Source: Fibrobacter succinogenes (GTDB taxonomy: Bacteria > Fibrobacterota > Fibrobacteria > Fibrobacterales > Fibrobacteraceae). Taken from it: DNA of 64,000 nt. The position numbers and the translations under genes are program-made. Shown piece by piece: positions 53,107 to 61,461 of this stretch. The notes under the pieces were generated by a model. The model saw only the letters and a list, made by a program, of their open reading frames with translations, did no database searches and had not been told where the DNA came from. The stretch lies in the NCBI GenBank assembly GCA_902768715.1, contig CACXMH010000013.1, positions 410 through 64,409 of the forward strand, read 5' to 3'. Positions within the stretch are counted from its first letter, which is position 1, and each line of letters begins with the position of its first letter.

Positions 53107-54204
53107 CTATTTCTCGATAATTGCCGAGGCCACGATGCCGTCGCCGGCGTAGAGCACCATGATTTGCCCGGGGGTGGCGGCGAATTGCGGCGTGTCGAAC
53201 CGGATAGAAATTCGGTTGTCTGTAAGTTCGGTAATGCTTGCTTCGGCGAAGGTGTGACCCAGCCGGATTTTTGCCTGGAGTTTCTGCTGCAGCAGGGGAG
53301 AATCCTTGGAAACCATCAGGTTCAGCTGGCTCCCGCTGACTTCGCTGCATTGCAACAGACTGCGAGGGCCGAGCACCACTTGATTCTTCTTGACGTCGAT
53401 GGCAATCACGAAAAGGGGCTCCGGCTGTCCGCCGATGTTCAGCCCTTTCCTTTGCCCGATGGTGTAATGGATGAACCCTTTGTGCTGCCCTAGGACTTTG
53501 CCGTTTACATCTACGAAGTCCCCGGGAACGTTGTCGCTTTCGTCAAAGAGCACGGAGTAGTCGCCGCATTCCAGAAAATCCTGGCTTTCTTTTTTGGAGG
53601 CAAAATCTTCCCAGCCGATTTTACGGGCCAGTTCCTTGACCTCTTCCTTGTGCATCTCGCCCAGCGGGAACAGCACCGACGAAAGCTGGTCTTCGGTTAG
53701 CCTGGAAAGGAAATAGGACTGGTCCTTGAAAGAGTCCCGGGCTTTCCACAGGAATGGTTCTTCGGGGCTTCTGAAATCCAGGCGGGCGTAGTGCCCCGTG
53801 GCAAAGTAGTCAAAATCTACGCCCATCTTGCGGACGGCGTGGAGCATGGCTCCGAACTTGATGGACTGGTTACAGCGTACACATGGGTTAGGCGTGCGGC
53901 CCGCCCGGTATTCGGCGCGGAAATAGTCCAGCACGTTTTTCTTGTATTCCTCTACCACGGAAACCACATGGAAGGGAATAGACAGGCGCTTGGCCACATT
54001 CTCGGCGGCTTCGATGCTTTCCCCTTCGTTGGGGCCGAAACATCCGGAGCGGCCCTCCACGATGGGCATGTCGATGGAACCGTCCCAGAGGGCCATGGTG
54101 ATGCCTATGACGTTGTAGCCCTTCTGCTGCAAGGTCCAGGCGGTAAGGGCGGAATCTACGCCTCCCGAAAGACCGACTGCTACTGTTTTGTTGCCTAGTT
54201 CCAT
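53107..54204 (-). CDS. mnmA: tRNA-specific 2-thiouridylase
   Basis: PP-loop VAVGLSGGVDSA, the CN..IKF motif, ATGHYA, and overall length. Confidence 0.92.
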   Translation of the reverse strand: MELGNKTVAVGLSGGVDSALTAWTLQQKGYNVIGITMALWDGSIDMPIVEGRSGCFGPNEGESIEAAENVAKRLSIPFHVVSVVEEYKKNVLDYFRAEYRAGRTPNPCVRCNQSIKFGAMLHAVRKMGVDFDYFATGHYARLDFRSPEEPFLWKARDSFKDQSYFLSRLTEDQLSSVLFPLGEMHKEEVKELARKIGWEDFASKKESQDFLECGDYSVLFDESDNVPGDFVDVNGKVLGQHKGFIHYTIGQRKGLNIGGQPEPLFVIAIDVKKNQVVLGPRSLLQCSEVSGSQLNLMVSKDSPLLQQKLQAKIRLGHTFAEASITELTDNRISIRFDTPQFAATPGQIMVLYAGDGIVASAIIEK

Positions 54205-54251
54205 AATACTAGTGAAAATATAGGAAAATGGAGTCTTGAGACCACTAGCCC

Positions 54252-55226
54252 CTAAACCGGAGTCTTGCTTTTTTCGCCAGCGATTTCCCGGACGAGTTTC
54301 GGTACTAAGTAGCCTGGCAACTTGGTGCGGATTTCTGCAATCAATTCACGCGCCCGCTCGTCGGGAACTTCAAAGTGGGCGACCCCGTTGGCGTGATCCA
54401 GCTGGTGCAGATAGTAGGGGAGAACACCCTGTTCAAAAAGCTTGCGACAGAGAGCTGTTAATTTGTCTGGACTATCGTTTATACCTTTCAAAAGGACGCT
54501 CTGGTTGAGCAGGGTCCAGCCGCAAATTTTGAAGTGGGCAAACAGGGTGGCCGATTCATTGTCCAGTTCGTCGGCATGGTTCACGTGTGACACAAGAACG
54601 CAGTGGAATCGGGTGGGCAGTTCCCGCAGCAGTTCAAAGTGCTGCATTACAAGGTCCGGACGCATTACGGGGAGTCTTGTGTGGATGCGAAGCGTAGTGA
54701 CTGACGGGTGGACTGCGATGGATTCCACCAGGTCGCGGAAGGCTCCGGGCGAAAGCGTGAGTGGGTCGCCGCCGGAGAGAATGACCTCCCATACGTCGCT
54801 GTGGGTGTCGATCCAGTTGCTGACTTCGCGGGCCACGTCGGGTATATTCTGGAAGGGATAGTTCTTGCGGAAGCAGAAGCGGCAACGGACACCGCAGGTG
54901 GCGGTCGAGACAATTAGGGCGCGTCCGTCGTATTTCTGGATAACGCAGTCGGATTTGCTTGCAGGCAGGTCTCCTACGGGGTCGTCAACGAATCCGGGAA
55001 CGTTTTCGCGCTCGGCAACATGCGGCAGGATTTCGCTTAATAGGGCGGTGGGGTCGCTAGATTTCTTGATCAGGTCGGCGAAGTGCCTGGAACATAGGAA
55101 TGGAAACTTGGGTGTAGGGTTCAGGTTCGCAAGGGCCTCTGATTTAGCGAAGTTGGTCGCAAAATCACTTCCCAAATAGTCTAAAAAGTCTGAAATTTGT
55201 GTAAAAACAGTCCCTGGATTTTCCAT
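54252..55226 (-). CDS. epmB: EF-P beta-lysylation protein EpmB (lysine 2,3-aminomutase family radical SAM)
   Basis: CGVRCRFCFR radical-SAM cluster motif and SGGDPL. It is divergent from efp. Confidence 0.8.
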   Translation of the reverse strand: MENPGTVFTQISDFLDYLGSDFATNFAKSEALANLNPTPKFPFLCSRHFADLIKKSSDPTALLSEILPHVAERENVPGFVDDPVGDLPASKSDCVIQKYDGRALIVSTATCGVRCRFCFRKNYPFQNIPDVAREVSNWIDTHSDVWEVILSGGDPLTLSPGAFRDLVESIAVHPSVTTLRIHTRLPVMRPDLVMQHFELLRELPTRFHCVLVSHVNHADELDNESATLFAHFKICGWTLLNQSVLLKGINDSPDKLTALCRKLFEQGVLPYYLHQLDHANGVAHFEVPDERARELIAEIRTKLPGYLVPKLVREIAGEKSKTPV

Positions 55227-55266
55227 TATATACTAAATTTAGCTTCAAAATCAACAAGAGGATAAT

Positions 55267-55851
55267 ATGGGTACTGTAAGCACCAACGAATTCCGCAAGA
55301 AACTTAAAATCATGGTTGATGATCAGCCGTACGAAATCATCGAAAACCAGTTCGTGAAGCCGGGTAAGGGCCAGGCCTTCAACCGTGTTCGTATCAAGAA
55401 CCTGGTGACCGGCCGCACTCTGGAACGCACCTGGAAGAGTGGCGATACGGTGGAAGAAGCCGATGTGACCTTCACCGAAATGACCTACCTCTACAATGAC
55501 GGTTCTACTTGGTATTTCTTGAACAACGAATCCCAGGAAACCGAAGAAATTTCCAAGGAAGCTCTGAACGGCTGCGAAGTCTGGCTCCTGGACGGTGCTA
55601 CCGTAGAAGTGACCTGGTGGAAGGACCCGAAGTCCGGCGCTACGCTTCCTATCGAAGTGATTCCGCCTACCTTCGTTGACCTGATGATCGTAGATGCACC
55701 TCCGGCAGTGCAGGGCAACACCAGCGGCAACGTGATGCGTGAAGCCATTCTCGAAACCGGTGCCAAGGTGATGATCCCGCTGTTCATCGAGAACAACACC
55801 AAGATCCGCGTGGACACCCGCGACGGTTCTTACCTCGAAAGAGCGAAATAA
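55267..55851 (+). CDS. efp: Translation elongation factor P
   Basis: KPGKGQAF loop with the modifiable Lys. Colinear with E. coli EF-P apart from one short insertion. Confidence 0.92.
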   Translation: MGTVSTNEFRKKLKIMVDDQPYEIIENQFVKPGKGQAFNRVRIKNLVTGRTLERTWKSGDTVEEADVTFTEMTYLYNDGSTWYFLNNESQETEEISKEALNGCEVWLLDGATVEVTWWKDPKSGATLPIEVIPPTFVDLMIVDAPPAVQGNTSGNVMREAILETGAKVMIPLFIENNTKIRVDTRDGSYLERAK

Positions 55852-55946
55852 GACCGTTCGTGCTAAAAGCCGGAGCAAATTCTCCGGCCGGCACTCACTC
55901 TCACAACCACGCTCGGTTAATACCGAGCGTTTGTTGTTCACAATAA
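55852..55946 (+). repeat. Conserved 95-nt two-hairpin element, copy B (directly after the efp TAA)
   Basis: GACCGTTCGTGCTAAAAG CCGGAG caaatt CTCCGG CCGGCACTCACTCTCACAACC ACGCTCGG ttaata CCGAGCGT TTGTTGTTCACAATAA. Confidence 0.9.
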
Positions 55947-56041
55947 GACCGTTCGTGCTAAAAGCCGGAGCAAATTCTCCGGACTGCACTCACTCTCGCA
56001 ACCGCCCCAGTTTAATAACTGGGGCTTTGTTGCTCACGTAG
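55947..56041 (+). repeat. Conserved 95-nt two-hairpin element, copy C (tandem to copy B)
   Basis: The same element, with the second stem changed to GCCCCAG tttaataa CTGGGGC. Confidence 0.9.
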
Positions 56042-56087
56042 AAATTTTTAGTGGCTCCAATCGTTTTTTCATATTAGGGGCACAAGA

Positions 56088-56825
56088 TCAGTGTGATAAC
56101 CTAAAGGTTAAGCCGAAGGTGTGGCTTTTATGGGATATTCTGTCTGCGCTTTTTCTTACCTTGGTGTAACTGTAGTGCTCGTTTTTATCGCGGAGCCAAC
56201 TGATAGTATAATTTAAAGCGAAACCGTAATTCCAGAGTCTGTTCATCCTCCATTCTTTACCAATTTCGAATTTACAAAATAGGTTTATGAATCCAGTCAC
56301 CATCGATGAGTCCCTGTATACTTGGTTAAAGTCATATGCGGTTACTTTAAAGTAGTCGAGTTCAAAACCTGCATTGACACCAATGAAAGTTCCGTACATC
56401 AGGCCAGTTATGTCTTGAACTGGGTAGATTTCTAAGCCTCCGCCCGAAGATACCCTGAAAGTGCCGTCATCATCATCCTTGATAGTTACTTTATTGATCT
56501 CATTTCCATTCTCTTTGGTTATGTATTCTCCTTTGAATGAGCCTTCTCCCATACCTAAACCAAGTACCGCGTAAAGTGAAGCCATATTGGAAAAAAATCT
56601 GCCAATTCGGAATTCGACTAAGTGTAAAAAGCCAGAAAATTTTTCTGATTCGATTTCACTTACGTCATATGAGACTTTTCTGCGTTCTGTCGTATAGGCG
56701 AATCCTGGATTGGCTGAAAAATATATCCCCTTATGCTCTTGAATCGGAGGAGAGATGCTCCTTGTTTCGTATTGTGCGAATGCACAGGATGTAATCAATA
56801 GGAGTGGAACGATGAATAATTTCAT
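56088..56825 (-). CDS. Small outer-membrane beta-barrel hypothetical protein in a low-GC islet
   Basis: Signal peptide MKLFIVPLLLITSCAFAQ and an alternating beta-strand pattern. The gene and its flanks are visibly more AT-rich than their neighbours. Confidence 0.55.
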   Translation of the reverse strand: MKLFIVPLLLITSCAFAQYETRSISPPIQEHKGIYFSANPGFAYTTERRKVSYDVSEIESEKFSGFLHLVEFRIGRFFSNMASLYAVLGLGMGEGSFKGEYITKENGNEINKVTIKDDDDGTFRVSSGGGLEIYPVQDITGLMYGTFIGVNAGFELDYFKVTAYDFNQVYRDSSMVTGFINLFCKFEIGKEWRMNRLWNYGFALNYTISWLRDKNEHYSYTKVRKSADRISHKSHTFGLTFRLSH

Positions 56826-56886
56826 TAATTATATCGAAATGACAAAAGGAGTATATTGCCAATAGAAAAAAGAAATAATATGTGTT

Positions 56887-57861
56887 TTATTTCAATGATT
56901 TTCTAAAGACCCGGGCGACTTCGTCCGGGTCGTCGCTTTTTAGCCAGCTGAGGGTCTCGGTACCGCGGTAGCTCCAGGCGAAAATATTGTCGATGCCAGC
57001 CTTGCGGCTTTCGGCTACGGCAATGGCCAGGTCGTTTTCGCGGCCCGCTTCGATCTGGTAGGCCTTAATCCACATTTGCACGGCCTTGCCGTATTTGGCG
57101 GCCACGGTCACGAGTTTGTGGGCGGTCTCGGCGTACTTTTCGCGAACCCATTCTTCGGTGGCGCCCCGTTCCCAGTAAGGATCGCTGGCGATTTCATCTA
57201 CGCTATCCATGGATGCCACGCGGCCCCAGTCGTTGAGGCCTGCCGGAAACCAGGGCGGCAACATGCACACGCAGTTACGCTTGCCACGGGCGTGAACATC
57301 TTCCGTCATTTCCTTCAAAAAGTCGATAAGCGAATCTTCGCGGAACTTCAACACGTCTTCGGTGAGTTCGGCGGGCATCTCGTAACCGAATTGCGCGCAG
57401 AACTTTTCGCGACATTTCTCACAACGGCAGCTCCAGTTCTGGAGTCCGCCCTTCTCAAAGTAAAAATGAGGTTCATCCCAGAAGATGGTGCTTACTTTGG
57501 TCGCACAGACGGATTCAATCCAGCGGTGCATGTAGGCCCGGAATTCCGGATGGTTGGGGCAGGCGGCCACCTTAGGCTTGCCGTCCAGTGCCACCTGGCA
57601 CAGGTCGTGGTTACGGGCGGTAAGTTCGGAATAGGCTTCTCCGCCGAATACGCGGCCCACTCCCCAGGGGTTCACATAGACTGTTAGACCTAGCTCGGCG
57701 GTCCGGTCCACGATTTCAGCCATGGTGTCGTAGTAATACTGCTGGTCTTCTTCGCTCCAAGTGTGGAGCACGGCGTTGAAACCTGCCGCCTTGATGTCTT
57801 GCATGTCGGTTAACGCATGCTTTGGCGTGCGTACGCCGAAATAACTGACGCCTTTAATCAT
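56887..57861 (-). CDS. Hypothetical TIM-barrel, glycoside-hydrolase-like protein
   Basis: Alternating beta/alpha pattern (GVSYFGV, GFNAVLHTW, GLTVYVNPWG, IFWDEPHF) plus a CRCEKCREKFC cluster. The family assignment is uncertain. Confidence 0.35.
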   Translation of the reverse strand: MIKGVSYFGVRTPKHALTDMQDIKAAGFNAVLHTWSEEDQQYYYDTMAEIVDRTAELGLTVYVNPWGVGRVFGGEAYSELTARNHDLCQVALDGKPKVAACPNHPEFRAYMHRWIESVCATKVSTIFWDEPHFYFEKGGLQNWSCRCEKCREKFCAQFGYEMPAELTEDVLKFREDSLIDFLKEMTEDVHARGKRNCVCMLPPWFPAGLNDWGRVASMDSVDEIASDPYWERGATEEWVREKYAETAHKLVTVAAKYGKAVQMWIKAYQIEAGRENDLAIAVAESRKAGIDNIFAWSYRGTETLSWLKSDDPDEVARVFRKSLK

Positions 57862-57883
57862 ACAGGCTCAATATAGAACTTAG

Positions 57884-57967
57884 GAGTAATGTGTAGTGTG
57901 TAATGTGTAATGAGAGGTGTACAATGTATAATCAGTCATTTCACATTATACATTCCACATCTCACAC
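57884..57967. repeat. Dyad-symmetric heptad array (12 units) containing a perfect 10-bp inverted repeat
   Basis: gagtaat gtgtagt gtgtaat gtgtaat gagaggt gtacaat gtataat cagtcat ttcacat tatacat tccacat ctcacac. AATGTATAAT (57923-57932) pairs with ATTATACATT (57945-57954). Confidence 0.9.
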
Positions 57968-57980
57968 CGCCGTGTAGCGG

Positions 57981-58400
57981 CTAGTTTTCTGCCCACTGTG
58001 GCGTAGGGGTTTTCCGCAGTACCTGGTCCAGGGTCTCCCGCCACTCGTCTTCGGTAAGTGGCCTGCGAATCCAGTACAGGCCCTCATCTTCTTTTTCGAT
58101 GGGCATGGTGTCCGGGACGATTTCTATGATCCAGGATTCGGGAATGCTGTTGCGGAGCCTCTTGCTGAAGGCGATGTTCATATCGGTGGGCCTGTCGGCG
58201 TGGTCAAAGATGATAAGCGCCGGGGAATCTCCCGTAATGAGCGCCGTCTCCAGGATGTTCGCCGCCTCTTCGATGGTATTGCAGGTGTACATGGTGGAAT
58301 CTTCGGCCATGTCGTTTTCTAGAAGCCAGCGGAGAGTCCACTGGCTCAGGCGGTCCAAGCTGCCCGGCGAAGAAGGGGCTATGAAGAATATGTGTCCCAC
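57981..58400 (-). CDS. Hypothetical protein, possibly a receiver-like (pseudo-receiver) fold
   Basis: 139 aa with a beta/alpha pattern that loosely resembles CheY (IFFIAPS, LIIFDHAD). The acidic pocket is not canonical. Confidence 0.3.
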   Translation of the reverse strand: MGHIFFIAPSSPGSLDRLSQWTLRWLLENDMAEDSTMYTCNTIEEAANILETALITGDSPALIIFDHADRPTDMNIAFSKRLRNSIPESWIIEIVPDTMPIEKEDEGLYWIRRPLTEDEWRETLDQVLRKTPTPQWAEN

Positions 58401-58521
58401 GGGCTAAAGTATAGAAAGATTGAAAGCCCTTTTTTAGGGGAAAAAAGGGCAATTTTGGAGCGAAATCTATTATTTTTGAGATAGGAAAAGTCTATCAAAC
58501 ATTAATCAACAATTAACGCAC

Positions 58522-59499
58522 ATGTTTCCCGACCTAGGCGAATTCAGACTGATAAACGGCATCCTGGAAAAGTCGTTGCCCCTAAAAAAAGGTGCCCCCG
58601 AATTTCGGGACTGGCTTCCCGTAGGCGACGATGCCGCCGAGTTTGACGGTTGGCTAGCCACCAAGGATTTGTCTGTAGAAGGAACCCACTTCCGCCTGGA
58701 CTGGTCCACGCCGGAACAGGCGGTAGAAAAGCACATTGTTTCCAACGTCTCGGACATTTCCGCCATGGGAGGGAGGCCTCGGCTGGCCCTGTTCGGCCTG
58801 TGCGTCGGTAAAAGCTGGAGCGAAGACACGGTGCGTCGGGTGTCCGCTGCGGTGGCGGAAGGCTTTGCCAAAAGGAACATCGCCCTTATCGGGGGCGATA
58901 CCGTCTCCGGTGAAGTGGGAATGTTTTCTACGACCCTCATAGGCGAACAGGTGTCCAAGACCCGCCTGCTCCGGAGTGGCGCTAGGGCGGGCGACAGGCT
59001 GTTCGTCTCGGGAACACTCGGGCGCTCTGCCGCAGGGCTCTGGCTGTTGCAGAACCGCCCCGCCGGTTTCGAGGACTTTCAGGACTTGATTCAGTACCAC
59101 CTGTGTCCGGAAATTCGGGAGAATATGGGGTCGGATTTGGCCTCTACGGGTGCATGCCGTTGCGCGTTGGACATCAGCGATGGCCTTTCTTCGGAGCTTA
59201 ACCATTTGGCCTTGTCGTCGGGAGTTTCCCTGGAGGTGAATGCCGATAGGATTCCTATAGACCCCAAGGTTTCAGAAATGTGTGGCCGATATGGCCTAAA
59301 TCCTATGGATTTTGCGATGGATGGCGGTGAAGAATACGTGCTTTTGTTTACCGCTTTTGCCAAAAATGATATATTTTCAAGTGATAGGACTCTTTGGAAT
59401 GTACACGAGATTGGCTCCGTCGGGGAAGGCTCCGGCGTTTACATGGTCAAAGAGGGGAAAAGAAGGATTGTTAAAGCACAGGCTTGGTCACATTTATGA
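58522..59499 (+). CDS. thiL: Thiamine-monophosphate kinase
   Basis: AIR-synthase-like N-terminus (VGDDAAEF, EGTHF), GGDT, and the DISDGL motif. Confidence 0.88.
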   Translation: MFPDLGEFRLINGILEKSLPLKKGAPEFRDWLPVGDDAAEFDGWLATKDLSVEGTHFRLDWSTPEQAVEKHIVSNVSDISAMGGRPRLALFGLCVGKSWSEDTVRRVSAAVAEGFAKRNIALIGGDTVSGEVGMFSTTLIGEQVSKTRLLRSGARAGDRLFVSGTLGRSAAGLWLLQNRPAGFEDFQDLIQYHLCPEIRENMGSDLASTGACRCALDISDGLSSELNHLALSSGVSLEVNADRIPIDPKVSEMCGRYGLNPMDFAMDGGEEYVLLFTAFAKNDIFSSDRTLWNVHEIGSVGEGSGVYMVKEGKRRIVKAQAWSHL

Positions 59500-61433
59500 T
59501 TAGTAACGTGAAAATGAACTTGGGCCAACTGTTGATTCGTCAGGGCGTCCTGGACGAAGACCAGCTGGCTCACGCTACCTCGGAACACAAGCGTACTGGA
59601 ATCCCTCTGGCGAAGATTCTCATTCGTCTGGGAATGGTCAGCGAAGATACCCTCACGAGCATCTTGGGTGTGCAGATGCAATCTACCACCAAGATGCGTA
59701 TCGGTGAGATGTTGCTCGCCCAGAAGTACATTACCCAGGAACAGCTGGACCAGGCTCTAGAAGAACAGAAGAAGACCGGTAAGCGTCTGGGCCGTACTTT
59801 GGTGGACCTGAAGTTCATGCCCGAAGAACGCCTGGTCGAAATTCTCTCCAAGCAGTTCGAAGTTCCTTACGTAAAACTTGAAAATTTTGCCATTGACCCC
59901 GAAGCCTATACTTACCTGCCCGAAGACTTGTGCAGGACTTACAAGGTGGTGCCCCTGTTTGTTTCCAAGGGCGAAGATGACCGCCGTGTCCAGCGTGAAG
60001 CCCTGACCATCGCGATGACCGACCCCACCAACATGCGTGTGATCAACATCGTGAAGTTCAAGGTAAAGATGGAAGTGGACATCGTCATGGCCTCCGACGC
60101 AGATGTGGTCAAGACTATCGACCGCGTGTTCGCGGGGCGTAGCACTTCCGAAGAATCCTTGGCGGAGCTGATTGGTGAGACCAAGGAAGGCGAAGAACTG
60201 GAGACCGTGGAACGGGGTCAGGGCGGTAACGACGAACCGGAACTGACCGACGAAGAAGGCCGCCAGGTGGTGCGAATCGTGACCACGCTGATTCACGAAG
60301 CCATTGCCCGTCACGCATCCGATATTCACCTGGAACCGCAAGAAACTTTCCTCAAACTCCGTTACCGTATCGATGGTGACCTGCAGGTCATGTCCCCGAT
60401 TCCGGCCCGTCTGATGCCGCAGATTCTTTCTCGTATCAAACTGCTTTCCAAGATGGACATCGCCGAAAAGCGTAAGCCCTTGGATGGTCGTTTTACGGTG
60501 CGTTACAAGGGAAGCGAAGTGGACCTTCGTGTGAGCTCCTTCCCGATTTCGCTCCGTAAGCGTGGCGTCTGCGAAAAGATCGTTATGCGTATTTTGGACC
60601 CGAACTCGGGTCAGTTCCCACTTCGCGAAATGGGTTTTGATGCACGAGTGCTCAAACAGTTTCTGGATGCCATCAACCTACCTAACGGAATTATCCTGGT
60701 TACCGGTCCTACGGGTTCTGGTAAATCTACCACGCTTTACGCTTCTATTCGAGAAATTCTGGATTCCACAATCAACATCTCTACGATGGAAGACCCTGTG
60801 GAACTTAATATTGACGGTGTGAACCAAGGTCAAATCAACAACGCGGCGGGCTTTACCTTCGCCGCGGGCATTCGCGCCCTGCTCCGTCAGGACCCGGATG
60901 TGATTATGATCGGTGAAATGCGTGACCAGGAGACGTCGTCCATGGCTATTGAAGCCGCTCTGACGGGTCACTTGGTCTTCAGTACGCTCCATACCAACGA
61001 TGCTGCTGGCGCATTCCCTCGTCTATTGGAAATGGGCCTGGAACCCTTCCTTGTGTCAACTGCCATCAAGGGCGTGCTTGCCCAGCGTTTGGTACGCCGT
61101 ATTTGTAAGTACTGTAAGGAACCTGTAGAAATTTCGGCATCCCTGCGCGAAGAACTCCACCTGTCTCCCGACATGCAGTTCTACCACGGTAAGGGTTGCG
61201 AAAAGTGTGACGGCTCGGGCTACAAGGGTCGTTGCGGTATCTACGAGTTCTTGGTGCCCAACGAAACCGTGCGTAACTTGATCATCAAGCGTTCTTCCGG
61301 TGATGTAATCAAACGCGCCGCCATGCAGGAATGCGACATGATTACGCTCCGTATGGATGGTATCCAGAAGGCCTTGGACGGTCATACCACGCTGGAACAG
61401 GCTATCAGCGCCTCCGCTGCTGACGACGTCTAA
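59484..61433 (+). CDS. Type II secretion / type IV pilus assembly ATPase (GspE/PilB family) with two N-terminal MshEN-like modules
   Basis: Walker A GPTGSGKSTTLYA, Asp box, Walker B MIGEMRD, His box, and tetracysteine CKYC...CEKC. The N-terminus carries four 24-aa xLGxxLLxxGxxxxxxLxxxLxxQ-type motifs in two pairs with 5-aa spacers. Confidence 0.9.
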   Translation: MVTFMISNVKMNLGQLLIRQGVLDEDQLAHATSEHKRTGIPLAKILIRLGMVSEDTLTSILGVQMQSTTKMRIGEMLLAQKYITQEQLDQALEEQKKTGKRLGRTLVDLKFMPEERLVEILSKQFEVPYVKLENFAIDPEAYTYLPEDLCRTYKVVPLFVSKGEDDRRVQREALTIAMTDPTNMRVINIVKFKVKMEVDIVMASDADVVKTIDRVFAGRSTSEESLAELIGETKEGEELETVERGQGGNDEPELTDEEGRQVVRIVTTLIHEAIARHASDIHLEPQETFLKLRYRIDGDLQVMSPIPARLMPQILSRIKLLSKMDIAEKRKPLDGRFTVRYKGSEVDLRVSSFPISLRKRGVCEKIVMRILDPNSGQFPLREMGFDARVLKQFLDAINLPNGIILVTGPTGSGKSTTLYASIREILDSTINISTMEDPVELNIDGVNQGQINNAAGFTFAAGIRALLRQDPDVIMIGEMRDQETSSMAIEAALTGHLVFSTLHTNDAAGAFPRLLEMGLEPFLVSTAIKGVLAQRLVRRICKYCKEPVEISASLREELHLSPDMQFYHGKGCEKCDGSGYKGRCGIYEFLVPNETVRNLIIKRSSGDVIKRAAMQECDMITLRMDGIQKALDGHTTLEQAISASAADDV

Positions 61434-61461
61434 TTTGTCGTAAAGGTTATTTCTGAAATCT

